In this document: piece by piece, positions 20,715-30,135 of the stretch | Position numbering within the stretch: the stretch's first letter is position 1 | Layout: each line of letters begins with the position of its first letter | Assembly (NCBI GenBank): GCA_963723515.1 | Contig: CAVRQT010000003.1 | Location: 480,001-544,000 of the forward strand | Source: Vulcanimicrobiota bacterium | GTDB lineage: Bacteria > Vulcanimicrobiota > Vulcanimicrobiia > Vulcanimicrobiales > Vulcanimicrobiaceae | Direction of reading: 5' to 3' | DNA length: 64,000 nucleotides | The notes under the pieces: generated by a model | What the model saw: only the letters and a program-made list of their open reading frames with translations | Told to the model about the DNA's origin: nothing | The model's database searches: none | Translations under genes and position numbers: made by a program

Positions 20715-21475
20715 GGCGGCGGCAATGGAATCGAGCCTCGCTCGATGATGCGATTTACGGCGTGCACGCAGTTGAGGAAGCACTTGCCGCGGCGGATGCG
20801 CCGCTGAGCGTGCATCTCGGTGAAGACCGTAAGCGTGACCCGGCGGTTCGGCGGTTGCTGGAGCGGGCGTCGTCACGCAACGTCGCCGTGCGCTTCGAGG
20901 GGCCGGCGTACTTTGCGCAATTCCCATACAAAGCCCATCAGCGTGTCATCGCCTTCGGGCAGCCGTTTAACTACGCGACGCTTGATGATGTTGTCTATGG
21001 AAAACGCAGCGGCTCGCTGCTCGCGGTCGTTCTCGACCACATCACGGATCCGCACAACACCGGCGCGATTTTGCGAACCGCTGAAGCAGCCGGCGTCAAT
21101 GGGGTGATCCTCCCTGACCGGCGGGCTGCGGCCGTCAATCCGACGGTGCGCAAAGTCGCCGCCGGTGCTTCCGCACACCTGCCGATTGCGCGTGTCACGA
21201 ACGTGGCGCAAACGCTTCGCACGCTCAAGAAAAGCGGCGTGTGGATTCTGGGTGCCTATACGGGCGATGACGCCGCATTGCCCTATACGCAAGTGGACTG
21301 GAAGCGAGATCTTGTGCTGGTCATCGGCGCTGAAGATACGGGAATTTCACGCGTTGCGCGGAGCGAATGCGACGAGCTGGTTCACATCCCGATGCACGGC
21401 AAGGTCGCCTCGTTGAATGCCTCCGTGGCGGCCGCGATTTTGCTCTACGAAGCGGTCAGGCAGCGCAGCAGCTAA
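20696..21475 (+). CDS. rlmB: 23S rRNA (guanosine-2'-O)-methyltransferase RlmB
   Basis: YGVHAVEEAL, HQRV, DPHNTGAILRTA, GAEDTG, IPMHGKVASLNASVA. Confidence 0.93.
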   Translation: MDRRPLRRRQWNRASLDDAIYGVHAVEEALAAADAPLSVHLGEDRKRDPAVRRLLERASSRNVAVRFEGPAYFAQFPYKAHQRVIAFGQPFNYATLDDVVYGKRSGSLLAVVLDHITDPHNTGAILRTAEAAGVNGVILPDRRAAAVNPTVRKVAAGASAHLPIARVTNVAQTLRTLKKSGVWILGAYTGDDAALPYTQVDWKRDLVLVIGAEDTGISRVARSECDELVHIPMHGKVASLNASVAAAILLYEAVRQRSS

Positions 21476-21547
21476 GACGAGGGATAGGCGCCTGGTCTCC
21501 AAGACAAGCAAGCTGTGGATAACTTGAAAAGGCAACGATTTTTCGCC

Positions 21548-21576
21548 TTGACGCGCCAGGGGCGTCCTCCTATACT
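21548..21576 (+). promoter_or_regulatory. Sigma70-type promoter of sigH
   Basis: TTGACG (21548-53), 17-nt spacer, TATACT (21571-76). Confidence 0.65.
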
Positions 21577-21650
21577 AAACGACGATGTGCCGAGCTCGAC
21601 GGGCCCAGGCTTGCGATTTTCGTCACATCCTCCCCAAGAGGGCACGTTAA

Positions 21651-22298
21651 ATGGCAATGACCCATCCCGTTTCGGATGGACTCGAGTATCACGAGCGGCC
21701 GGATGAGGACCTCGTTTCGACCGCTAAGGGCGGGGACAACCTGGCGATGGAGTTCCTGCTCAACAAGTACAAAAACTTCGTTCGCATCAAGGCCAAGAGC
21801 TATTTCCTGATCGGCGCCGATCGCGAGGACATCATTCAAGAAGGAATGATCGGCCTCTATAAAGCCGTGCGCGACTTCAAGGCCGATAAGCTTTCCAGTT
21901 TTCGCGCGTTTGCGGAGTTGTGCATCACGCGCCAGATCATCACCGCCATCAAAACGGCGACGCGCCAGAAGCACATTCCGCTCAACCAGTACGTATCGCT
22001 GAATAAGCCGATCTACGATGAGGACAGCGAGCGCACGCTTTTGGACGTGATGGCCTCGCAAAAAACCTCGGATCCCGAGGAACTCGTCATCAATCAGGAA
22101 GTCTCGCAAGATATCAAGGAGCGCATTCAAGAGAATCTCTCCGAGCTTGAATCGCAGGTGCTGCTTTCGTATCTCGAAGGCAAGAGCTACCAGGAGATGG
22201 CGCGCGACCTGGGCCGCCACGTCAAGTCGATCGACAACGCGCTGCAGCGCGTGAAGCGGAAAATCGAAAAGAATCTCTCGGAGATCGAACTACCGTAA
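21651..22298 (+). CDS. sigH: RNA polymerase sigma-H factor
   Basis: YFLIGADREDIIQEGMIGLYKAVRDF, AIKTATRQKHIPLNQYVSL, KSIDNALQRVKRK; follows rlmB as in Firmicutes. Confidence 0.93.
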   Translation: MAMTHPVSDGLEYHERPDEDLVSTAKGGDNLAMEFLLNKYKNFVRIKAKSYFLIGADREDIIQEGMIGLYKAVRDFKADKLSSFRAFAELCITRQIITAIKTATRQKHIPLNQYVSLNKPIYDEDSERTLLDVMASQKTSDPEELVINQEVSQDIKERIQENLSELESQVLLSYLEGKSYQEMARDLGRHVKSIDNALQRVKRKIEKNLSEIELP

Positions 22299-22301
22299 TC
22301 G

Positions 22302-22326
22302 AAGAGGCGCCAAACGGCGCCTCTTA
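22302..22326 (+). terminator. Hairpin terminator after sigH
   Basis: AAGAGGCGCC-aaac-GGCGCCTCTT. Confidence 0.65.
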
Positions 22327-22348
22327 AATAAGGCGGCTTCTTAACTGT

Positions 22349-22868
22349 ATGCAGTTCACGACGAAGCGCTTAACGCTGCGTAAACTTCAGCCCGAAGATG
22401 CGCCGCTGCTCGTTTCGCTCTATGGCAACGCGCAAGTGCAGCAGACGCTGCCGCAACCGGAGCCGGTGACGGTCGAGCGCGAGCGAGAGATCATCCAACG
22501 GCAACAGGGCATTTGGAAAAAAGAAGGCTCAGGCATGTTCGCGGTCTTCGAAACAGCCGGCGGCGATTTTGTCGGCTGCTGCGGCCACCTTTTTTGGGAT
22601 ATCGACGGCAAACATGAAACGGAAGTCGCCTATGCGCTTCTTCCGAAACATTGGCGCAAAGGCTATGCCACCGAGGCGGCACGGGCGCTCAAAGAGGATG
22701 CATTTGAGCGGCTTGGCGTAAAGCGCGTGATTTCGCTGGTCATGCCGGGACAACGCGGGCTCCGGGAAAGTTGCGCAAAACAACGGCATGCACGTCGAAA
22801 AGCAGACGGTGCTGCTCGAAAAATACCACGTGAACGTTTGGGTGGTGGAGAAGCCGGCCGCGGTTTAG
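22349..22868 (+). CDS. GNAT (RimJ/RimL-type) N-acetyltransferase, frameshifted near 22748
   Basis: TKRLTLR, EVAY, HWRKGYATEAA. The shifted frame restores DNAGSGKVAQNNGM and ends at TAG 22868. Confidence 0.85.
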
Positions 22869-22886
22869 AACTCTAGCACTAACGCT

Positions 22887-23258
22887 ATGGCAACGCTGAG
22901 TTTTTCGGACGGCCATCTCGACATTAAGTTATCTGTTCTCGACCGGCTGATCGGCTTTCATGGGTCGTTCCACATCCCGCTCGCGCATATCACGAATGCT
23001 TACGTGAGTGATTTTGAAGAGCTGGAATTGCAATTTCGCCTTTATGGCACGAATCTAGGATATCTCAAGTCTGTTGGCATTTTTGCGAATCCCGACGGCG
23101 TCATTTTCTGTGATTTGGCCGGCGAAGGCGACTGCTTAGTGATCGAAACGCGCGGCGAGCGTTTTCCACGGATCGCCGTCACGCCGAGCAAGGACGTTGA
23201 TGCGAATGCGCTCGCGCATGAAATCATGCGTCGAATCCCGGATAGCGGCCCCGAATAG
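22887..23258 (+). CDS. Hypothetical protein (beta-rich, possibly bacterial PH-like)
   Basis: Clean 123-aa ORF co-oriented with its neighbour; IPLAHITNA pattern. Confidence 0.6.
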   Translation: MATLSFSDGHLDIKLSVLDRLIGFHGSFHIPLAHITNAYVSDFEELELQFRLYGTNLGYLKSVGIFANPDGVIFCDLAGEGDCLVIETRGERFPRIAVTPSKDVDANALAHEIMRRIPDSGPE

Positions 23259-23274
23259 CGATCGCACTAGCCGG

Positions 23275-23619
23275 TTAGAGGTCGTCTTCACCGAGTTCTG
23301 AGACGATCGTGCGATACAGTTCGTCTCGATCTTTGATCGGGTCAACGATGTAGATTTGTGCCGTGGCTCCGCGCCGCTGGGAATCGATAGCGACAGTTAC
23401 ATGGCGTCGTGCGCAGACGTCCATGCAGCTCGTGTTGATCGCGCGAATTTTTCCCCAGAGACCGTCTTGTTTGAGGCGCTCTTTCAGCCAGTCGCGCAGG
23501 TGAAAATCGCCGATCTCGGCAGCTTTATCCGGATCTTCTTCAGGAATGCGCTCTTTTGAGCAGCGCTCACAAACGAGCACCAGACCTGAGGCTCTCCACT
23601 TCGGATTGACGGTCTGCAT
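23275..23619 (-). CDS. Thioredoxin-like (2Fe-2S) ferredoxin-family protein
   Basis: VLVCERC and TSCMDVC give four Cys. Confidence 0.65.
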   Translation of the reverse strand: MQTVNPKWRASGLVLVCERCSKERIPEEDPDKAAEIGDFHLRDWLKERLKQDGLWGKIRAINTSCMDVCARRHVTVAIDSQRRGATAQIYIVDPIKDRDELYRTIVSELGEDDL

Positions 23620-23646
23620 TTGATTTGAAGTTTCGCTTTGGCCATC

Positions 23647-23751
23647 GTGTCACCCTGAGCTTGTCGAAGGGCAACGGCACCGGCACTTAAAGGGGCATGG
23701 GACAGCCATGGGGGCGATTACGATGGCCCTTCGACAAGCTCAGGGTGACAC
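23647..23751. repeat. REP-like element: perfect 26-bp inverted repeat pair
   Basis: GTGTCACCCTGAGCTTGTCGAAGGGC (23647-72) and its exact reverse complement (23726-51). Confidence 0.9.
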
Positions 23752-23779
23752 CGGGGTAATGCATCACGCGTCCAAACGT

Positions 23780-23815
23780 AAAAGAAGCGGCCCCTCTCGG
23801 GGCCGCTGTTTTCTT
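23780..23815 (-). terminator. Terminator downstream of tRNA-Thr(TGT)
   Basis: AAAAGA-AGCGGCCCC-tctc-GGGGCCGCT-GTTTT. Confidence 0.7.
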
Positions 23816-23888
23816 AGCCGACGGAGGGACTCGAACCCACGGCCTGAGGTTTACAAAACCCCTGCTCTACCAACTGAGCTACGTCGGC
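23816..23888 (-). tRNA. tRNA-Thr(TGT)
   Basis: Reverse complement GCCGACGTAGCTCAGTTGGTAGAGC...TTTGTAA...GGTTCGAGTCC...CGTCGGCT; cloverleaf; no encoded CCA. Confidence 0.95.
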
Positions 23889-24404
23889 TTACATCAACGT
23901 TAGTTGTATTGACAACGTGTTCTGCACGAGTTCATCGGCCCTTTGCATCAACTCCGTTCTTGTTGGCTCTGCTAGGTGTCTTGCGGTTCGATGACTACGA
24001 GTCCGGTACTCACGCCCACGTCCTCGGTTCAGTGCTCGGAACGTGGGCGTCAGCGAATGACAATTCGGGCACAGTAGCGTGAGGTTGCTCGGGTGATTGT
24101 TGCGCCAATCGCCGTCGATGTGCTCGACCTCTACCGGCACGTTTCCGGTGACGGGATGTCGCTCAGCCCATCCACAGCGCGTACATTTTAAGCCCAGACG
24201 TCGCGCAAGATACTTTTTGATAAAGCCGTGAATGTGATGGGTCGGCGGATACAGGCCATGCTCGAGAAGCGCCGTGTTGATCTTCCGGCAATGCGCGCGG
24301 TGACATTCCCAAGAACAGAACTTGCCCGCATTCAACTTTATTTCCCCAACACCGCAATTCAAACAATAGCCGCGCCACTTTTTACAACCTTGGTATTCAT
24401 GCAC
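23889..24404 (-). CDS. HNH endonuclease
   Basis: CTRCGW...EVEHIDGDWRNNHPSNLTLLCPNCHS, plus N-terminal CLNC...FCSWEC zinc motif. Confidence 0.88.
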   Translation of the reverse strand: MHEYQGCKKWRGYCLNCGVGEIKLNAGKFCSWECHRAHCRKINTALLEHGLYPPTHHIHGFIKKYLARRLGLKCTRCGWAERHPVTGNVPVEVEHIDGDWRNNHPSNLTLLCPNCHSLTPTFRALNRGRGREYRTRSHRTARHLAEPTRTELMQRADELVQNTLSIQLTLM

Positions 24405-24695
24405 CGATTCTAAAGTTGCCGTGTGCCAACACTATGGCATTCTGCGTGTCGGCTTTGAAGATTATTTTTATGCGCGTTTAATTGGCAGCGCTTTTCTTTT
24501 GGCTATCGTTCTGTTCAAATGAAAGCCCTATTGATCGGTTTCCGGTGGGTTATTCGCTGCGAGATCCGTTCCGTTTGTGATCGGCGCTCCAAGACGGCGA
24601 TATCATTTGGCACGGACAATCACGTGCGTTCAACCGCTCCGCCACGTCGGCCTAATTGCCCAGTAACTCTAGGCGCCGGCGACGACCATTTCAAC

Positions 24696-24923
24696 TTAGC
24701 GGTGGAAGAAGATTGCGAGAATGATCGTGACCCAGGCGCTGAAGATCAGTCCCGAGCCCCAGCGCATTGCCGCAGTCAGCGTCGCTTCCAGTGATGAGAA
24801 TCGTCCTTCGATCCGTTGTTCAAATCCACCGAGGCGATGATCGATGCTCGTAAGACGGTCTCTGACTTGCTCGTATGCGCCTTCAAGGTGCGCCATACGG
24901 ACTTCAAATGGCTGAGCGGTCAT
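24696..24923 (-). CDS. Small coiled-coil protein with a C-terminal TM helix
   Basis: RMAHLEG...RLTSIDHRL heptads then a hydrophobic tail; GAAGGA RBS upstream. Confidence 0.6.
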   Translation of the reverse strand: MTAQPFEVRMAHLEGAYEQVRDRLTSIDHRLGGFEQRIEGRFSSLEATLTAAMRWGSGLIFSAWVTIILAIFFHR

Positions 24924-25045
24924 AGATCAGTCCTTCTTCGATGCCATTATACTCTTCTTGTGCCCGCCTTTGATGCCGGTGTGACGGCGGCTCATTTTAC
25001 TTTCGCTTAATGAGCGGCGCTGCGTATGCGAGTATCTTGGAGTCA

Positions 25046-26425
25046 ATGAATGAGGGTCGCCACCGTACCCTTGCTGCTGTTGCGGCTGCAGCGCTGTTGC
25101 TTGGCGGCACGGTCGCCTGCGGCGGTGGCGGAAGCAGCGGTGGATCGTCATTGCCGCCACAGCCGGGACAAACGCCGCCGCCGAGCGGCACGCCGATCCA
25201 ACACGTCGTCATCATCTTTCAGGAAAATCGCAGCGTCGACGATCTCTTCAACGGTTTTCCGGGCGCCGACACCGTCAAGATGGGCGAAACTTCGACCGGC
25301 AAGAGCGTGCCGTTACAAGCCGTCCCGCTGGAAGCGCCATACGATCTTTCGCACGCGCATGAGGAACAAGGGCGCAACGGCGGCTTTGTCACCGAGTACA
25401 ACCACGGCGCAATGAACGGCTTTGACCTCGAGCACGTCGTGCCACATCCCGGATACACACCGCCCCCCTATGCCGCCTACGGCTACGTTCCGCAATCTGA
25501 AACCGGCCCGTACTTTGCGCTCGCCAAGCAGTTCACGTTCGGCGATCGCATGTTTCAGTCAAACGAAGGCCCGAGTTTTCCCGCACATCAATACATCATT
25601 GCCGGCACGTCTATTCCATCCACTGGCAGCAATCTTTTAGCAGCGGAGAATGTGGCGGTTCCCAAAGGTGCGCCAAGCAGCAACCAAGGATGCGATTCAC
25701 CGGCGGGCAGCACCGTCGCGCTCATCGATCCAAACGGAAACGAAAGCAGCTCGATCTTTCCGTGCTTCGATCACCCGACAATTTTGGATTTGCTCGACGC
25801 GAAAGGCGTGTCGTGGAAGTATTACACGCCGTTGCCGTACTTTTTGTGGAGCGCTCCGGATGCAATTCGACATATCCGCTACGGCGCAGATTGGGCGAAG
25901 CTCTCGATTCCCGAGACAAACGTTTTCAGCGATATCGCGCAGGGCCATCTGCCGGCAGTTTCTTGGGTGATTCCTACTGGCGCAAATTCCGATCACGCGA
26001 ACAACCTCTCCAACACAGGCCCTTCGTGGGTTGCCGACGTCGTCAATGCCCTTGGAACCAGCCAGTATTGGAACAACACGGCAATTTTCGTTACGTGGGA
26101 TGATTGGGGCGGCTGGTACGATCACGTGAAGCCGCCGATCTACGACTCGTACGAGCTCGGCTTCCGAGTACCGCTGATCGTCGTCTCACCATATGCAAAG
26201 GCCGCGTATGTCTCGCATACGCAACATGAGTTTGGCAGCATCCTGCATTTTGTCGAGGAGCGATTTGGTCTTGGCTCGCTCGGATACACCGATGCGCGCG
26301 CCGACGACTTGAGCGATTGCTTCAATTTTTCGCAAGCGCCGTTGAGCTACCATCCCGTTGCGACACAGCTTTCGCCGCGACAGCTGATGTTGCGCTGGCG
26401 CGCCGCTCCACCGGATAACGACTAA
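25046..26425 (+). CDS. Phosphoesterase family (phospholipase C / acid phosphatase) lipoprotein
   Basis: Lipobox TVAC, IQHVVIIFQENRSVD, GPSFPAH, WDDWGGWYDHV, GFRVPLIVVSPYA. Confidence 0.88.
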   Translation: MNEGRHRTLAAVAAAALLLGGTVACGGGGSSGGSSLPPQPGQTPPPSGTPIQHVVIIFQENRSVDDLFNGFPGADTVKMGETSTGKSVPLQAVPLEAPYDLSHAHEEQGRNGGFVTEYNHGAMNGFDLEHVVPHPGYTPPPYAAYGYVPQSETGPYFALAKQFTFGDRMFQSNEGPSFPAHQYIIAGTSIPSTGSNLLAAENVAVPKGAPSSNQGCDSPAGSTVALIDPNGNESSSIFPCFDHPTILDLLDAKGVSWKYYTPLPYFLWSAPDAIRHIRYGADWAKLSIPETNVFSDIAQGHLPAVSWVIPTGANSDHANNLSNTGPSWVADVVNALGTSQYWNNTAIFVTWDDWGGWYDHVKPPIYDSYELGFRVPLIVVSPYAKAAYVSHTQHEFGSILHFVEERFGLGSLGYTDARADDLSDCFNFSQAPLSYHPVATQLSPRQLMLRWRAAPPDND

Positions 26426-26937
26426 GAGCTCGAAACCTTCGTACAGGTCATCGTATCCGGCTTCATCTTGAAGTTCATGCCGGTGAAGGTGTCCGTCGTT
26501 TTCCGAGCGCTGACGCGGACCAGCACATCCTGGGTCAGTTGGTTATCCTTGTTTGTGGTGTCGTGCGACACGAGTTGCCCGTTTCGCCATGGCGTCGCGT
26601 CGCTCAAACCGTAGTACCCGTTGTTGTCCGTCGTCACTTCGACCCATTTGCCTTTGCTTGAGTCGTACGTATACCGCACTTCCATAATATACGTCGTCTT
26701 GCGATAGGGATCGAAAGGCGGCGCGACTTCGGTCATGACGAGCCAATGGCGATCCGACGTCCAACCGTACGTCAGGTGGCTGGGGCGAATTCGGCCGCGG
26801 ACGAGTTCCGTGCAATTCCAATCGCCGACCAAAAAGTTCATGGTCGCGTTGACGGCGGCGTCCCGAGGAGCGATCGGAACGGGCGTCGGCGTTTGCGCGA
26901 TGCAGAACATCAACGCGGCTAAACTCAAGTGTTTCAT
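26422..26937 (-). CDS. Hypothetical secreted protein (beta-barrel-like)
   Basis: Signal-like N-terminus MKHLSLAAL; NFLVGDWNC motif. Confidence 0.6.
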   Translation of the reverse strand: MKHLSLAALMFCIAQTPTPVPIAPRDAAVNATMNFLVGDWNCTELVRGRIRPSHLTYGWTSDRHWLVMTEVAPPFDPYRKTTYIMEVRYTYDSSKGKWVEVTTDNNGYYGLSDATPWRNGQLVSHDTTNKDNQLTQDVLVRVSARKTTDTFTGMNFKMKPDTMTCTKVSSS

Positions 26938-26956
26938 CGTTGGGTAAGAGCACCGC

Positions 26957-27142
26957 ATGGCTGAGATCTTTGGTAACGGCGGCGAGCCGGTCGAGGTAAG
27001 CGGTGAATACGAGTGTTCGGAATGCGGTCACCGGCGCAAGTTCGAAAAAGGCACGGTCTTTCCGCCCGACCACCATTCGGAAAAACCGTGGACCCTCTAT
27101 CTCGCTTCAGAAGAGTTGCCCTCAACGCAGACGACCGCCTGA
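26957..27142 (+). CDS. Small zinc-ribbon protein (YjzC-like)
   Basis: GEPVEVSGEYECSECG...KGTVFPP...W. Confidence 0.6.
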   Translation: MAEIFGNGGEPVEVSGEYECSECGHRRKFEKGTVFPPDHHSEKPWTLYLASEELPSTQTTA

Positions 27143-27171
27143 TGCGGCGGCCGTCTGCCCTTTAGTGTTTT

Positions 27172-27561
27172 TTAGCAGAAGTAGCGTGAACCGCCGTTGC
27201 TGATCGTCTTCAGCGCGGTTGCCGTGCTTCCGTTGTAGTAGACGCGCACCAACGTGCAATGCAATTTAAGTACGGATGGAATTGATGCGCCCCACTCTTC
27301 GCTGCGCATGCCCCAGGATGTATATGGCTTTCCGTTGATCGTGAGACCGCTTCCGAAACTAAAGTGCATCGTCTGGCCGTTCTTCTCGATGTCGAGCGTT
27401 CCGCCGCCGCCATAGGTAGAGAAGTCGCTCAAATCCCCGACGACCGAGTTCATCCCCATCGTCGCCGCCATCGCCGAGTGGCCGGCAGAAAAGCCCTGAA
27501 GGATCAGCGCGACTGCTAAGCACGTTGCCAAGAGCGATTTTAAAACTGTAGAAAATTGCAT
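27172..27561 (-). CDS. Hypothetical secreted protein
   Basis: AGGAGG RBS, signal peptide, two Cys. Confidence 0.65.
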   Translation of the reverse strand: MQFSTVLKSLLATCLAVALILQGFSAGHSAMAATMGMNSVVGDLSDFSTYGGGGTLDIEKNGQTMHFSFGSGLTINGKPYTSWGMRSEEWGASIPSVLKLHCTLVRVYYNGSTATALKTISNGGSRYFC

Positions 27562-27647
27562 GGTTGTTCCTCCTGTAAGAAGTTATACCCAACGGCATAT
27601 CGAGGAGGGCAACGCAGCGGCATCGTAGCACGGTTTGCCGCGCTTGG

Positions 27648-27732
27648 GGGTAGGTGGCCGAGTGGTTAAAGGCAACAGACTGTAAATCTGTCCAGCTGAC
27701 GCTGTACGCTGGTTCGAATCCAGCCCTGCCCA
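27648..27732 (+). tRNA. tRNA-Tyr(GTA)
   Basis: GGGTAGG...ACAGA CTGTAAA TCTGT, long variable arm, GGTTCGAATCC, CCTGCCCA. Confidence 0.95.
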
Positions 27733-27773
27733 ATTTAACCCGCATTTTGCAAGCAAAATCGGGTAAAAAACAT

Positions 27774-27844
27774 GCGGGCGTTGCATAGTGGTAATGCCTC
27801 TGCCTTCCAAGCAGAAGTCGCGAGTTCGATTCTCGCCGCCCGCT
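27774..27844 (+). tRNA. tRNA-Gly(TCC)
   Basis: GCGGGCG...TCTGC CTTCCAA GCAGA...GTTCGATTC...CGCCCGCT. Confidence 0.94.
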
Positions 27845-27854
27845 ATGCCGTGAT

Positions 27855-27926
27855 GCTGTCGTAGCTTAGCGGTAAAGCACCGCCTTGGTAAGGCGGAGAC
27901 CATGGGTTCAAGTCCCATCGACAGCT
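27855..27926 (+). tRNA. tRNA-Thr(GGT)
   Basis: GCTGTCG...CCGCC TTGGTAA GGCGG...GTTCAAGTC...CGACAGCT. Confidence 0.94.
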
Positions 27927-27956
27927 TTTTTCTTTTTGTCGCCTCTAAACGAAATG

Positions 27957-28030
27957 TGCGCCCGACTGGAATCGAACCAGCAACCTGAGGCTTAGGAGTC
28001 CCCCGCTCTATCCAATTGAGCTACGGGCGC
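27957..28030 (-). tRNA. tRNA-Arg(CCT)
   Basis: Reverse complement GCGCCCGTAGCTCAATTGGATAGAGC...CTCCTAA...GGTTCGATTCC...CGGGCGCA. Confidence 0.92.
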
Positions 28031-28253
28031 CCGATGTCGAATTCTCTTCGCCTTCTTATTCTTCGCCTCGGAACGGACGCGACACATTGATTCAAAACAT
28101 TGCCTTCTTGGCCGACCCGACCTGGCTACCGTCGAATAATTTTGAGGTCGTGGTACCGAACAGCGCGGGCTGTAAACCCTTGATTAGCGTGTCTTCACAT
28201 AAGAAGGGCTCCCTGCCGGAGGTCAGCGAAATCCCGCGACACACGCCCGCGTT

Positions 28254-29374
28254 ATGAGGCAGGCGCAAGATCCTCTTTCCTTCATGAAGGTTAAGAATAT
28301 GAATTTTAGTCCTGTTTCAACGCGGCGTGCGTCCTTTAGCGGGGCGGCGCTTATCATCGGAATCGCCTTCGCAGGCTGCAGCGGCGGATCAAATTCCGCG
28401 ACGCCGACATTGCCGCAGGCGAACCAGATGCCGGCGCCGCAAGGCGAACGCGAGCTCGCACGAGTCACCGTGCCGGCCGGCCTGAACCTGACACCGGTGA
28501 ACCTGCGCGTTCACGCACTGCAACGAGCCGGCGGCCCTCCGGTGATCAACCGCACGTATGCCGGGGCCCTTCGCAAAGCGCATGTCCCGCCGACAGCCGA
28601 TGCCTCACTTACCACGGTGGCGCGGTGCTCTACAACACCGGCTCAATCAACGTGTACGTGAACCCTTCGCAAACCGGCGGCGGCTTTCCGAACACGTGCA
28701 CGGTATCTAACTGCCCCCCTGCACAGTGGGGGTTCATGGGCGGCTTCATTGGCCGGTACACCAACAACAGCGAGATGGGGCATATCGTCGATCAGTACGA
28801 GAAGCCGCTCGGGCCGAACCGTCGTCAACCGGTTTCCCTATCTGGGCTACATCACGATGACTCGATAGCAGCATCATGGCCGATGGAACGTCGACTCATG
28901 CGGCGACGGATGCGAAGATCGCGGCCGAACTGACCACCGCGCAGGGTGCGGTCGGTCTTACCGGCGACCGGTACACCTATCATCTCTTCTATGCGAAAAA
29001 CCAGGCGGTTTGTAGCTCCAGCGTCGGCGGATGTTATTTCGCCAGCCCGTTCAAGTTCTGCGCCTACCATGGGTTCCAAACGATCAGCGGGCACAATAAT
29101 ATCTTCTCGGTTCGAGCCCTGGCAACAGATCGGCGGATGCAATGCGCCGACGAACACAGTTCAGAACGACAACTGCTTCAGACACTCAGTCATGAGCTGA
29201 CGGAAAGCCTGACAGATCCCTATCTCGACGCGTGGTACAACTCAGAGAGGCGACGAGATCGCCGACATCTGTCGCAACGACTATGGTAATATCACCATGG
29301 ATCCGAATGCGATCGATTACAACATCCAAGAAGAGTGGATGAACAGCTTGGGCAAGTGCGCCTTCGGACCGTAA
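28254..29374 (+). pseudogene. Secreted lipoprotein of Phi-1/EXORDIUM-like type, broken by several frameshifts (errors or decay)
   Basis: Lipobox FAGC; fragments LTYHGG, FCAYHG, SHELTESLTDPYLDAWY and EIADIC lie in different frames; paralog of 33151-34086. Confidence 0.6.
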
Positions 29375-29397
29375 GTAGCCGAGTGATCAAAAAAGCA

Positions 29398-29428
29398 GGG
29401 GCCGTCCGCTCCGGGCGGCCTTTTTCTT
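29398..29428 (+). terminator. Rho-independent terminator
   Basis: GGCCGTCCG-ctc-CGGGCGGCC-TTTTT, preceded by an A-tract. Confidence 0.65.
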
Positions 29429-29541
29429 AAGGAGGCGACCGCGGGACGGAGACCGCTAGGGAAGCGGCCGTTGCCCGGGCGCTTGGCTTATGGTAAGATT
29501 GGGTCCGTTCAAACGGACCGCGGGTCCGTTTCTTTAATGTT

Positions 29542-29706
29542 ATGGCAAAAAAAGAGAATCGCGTGATGGTCGTGATGGCGTGCACGAACTGCAAGCGTCG
29601 TAACTACAACACGCAAAAAAACAAGCAGAAGACGACCGGACGGCTGGAGCTGAGCAAGTATTGCCGCTTCTGCCGAAAGCATTATGCTCATCGTGAGACG
29701 AGATGA
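29542..29706 (+). CDS. rpmG: 50S ribosomal protein L33
   Basis: Manual translation [54 protein letters not shown]; upstream promoter TTGCCC-N17-TAAGAT at 29471-29499. Confidence 0.96.
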   Translation: MAKKENRVMVVMACTNCKRRNYNTQKNKQKTTGRLELSKYCRFCRKHYAHRETR

Positions 29707-29750
29707 CCGACGTTAACGCTACCCACTGGGGATTCTCTGGGCGAAAAGTG

Positions 29751-29826
29751 AGGGCGGTAGCTCAATTGGTAGAGTTGCGGTCTCCAAAACCGTCGGTTGC
29801 AGGTTCGAGTCCTGTCCGCCCTGCCA
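29751..29826 (+). tRNA. tRNA-Trp(CCA)
   Basis: AGGGCGG...CTCCAAA...GGTTCGAGTCC...CCGCCCTGCCA; canonical position between rpmG and secE. Confidence 0.95.
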
Positions 29827-29848
29827 ACTCCTTGCGGAGATTCTTCTC

Positions 29849-30133
29849 GTGATCAAGCGTCCCGCCGGCGGCGCAAGCACGCGCAGCGGCGGCAACAATC
29901 GCACGACGGTAAACCGTCCGCTCGTGGCAACGAACCGCCGGCCGAAGGCGGGCGACGCGCGCGAATTCGTGCGCAGCGTGTTCCTGGAGCTTCGGCGCGT
30001 GACGTGGCCTTCTCGCGAAGAGTGGGTCTCGGCGACGATCTTGACGATTGTGCTCGTCATCGGCATTGGACTCTTCACGTTCATCGTCGACTGGATCTTC
30101 ACGCAAATCTTTAATTTCATTCACCCGGTATAA
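29849..30133 (+). CDS. secE: Preprotein translocase subunit SecE
   Basis: ELRRVTWPSREE followed by a single TM helix. Confidence 0.93.
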   Translation: MIKRPAGGASTRSGGNNRTTVNRPLVATNRRPKAGDAREFVRSVFLELRRVTWPSREEWVSATILTIVLVIGIGLFTFIVDWIFTQIFNFIHPV

Positions 30134-30135
30134 AG

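Noticed and set aside
23708..24082. 124-aa plus-strand ORF
   Set aside because: It is translated REP sequence (ALRQAQGD) and the antisense of tRNA-Thr and the HNH gene
27359..27918. Minus-strand ORFs over the tRNA cluster
   Set aside because: Antisense translations of tRNA genes (AGFEPA, GLEP patterns)
28040..28253. Possible riboswitch upstream of the lipoprotein gene
   Set aside because: I could not recognise any known aptamer consensus by eye; an Infernal/Rfam scan would be needed
22349..29374. Prophage or integrative island at the tRNA cluster
   Set aside because: No integrase, phage genes or duplicated tRNA 3' end seen; treated as a variable accessory region
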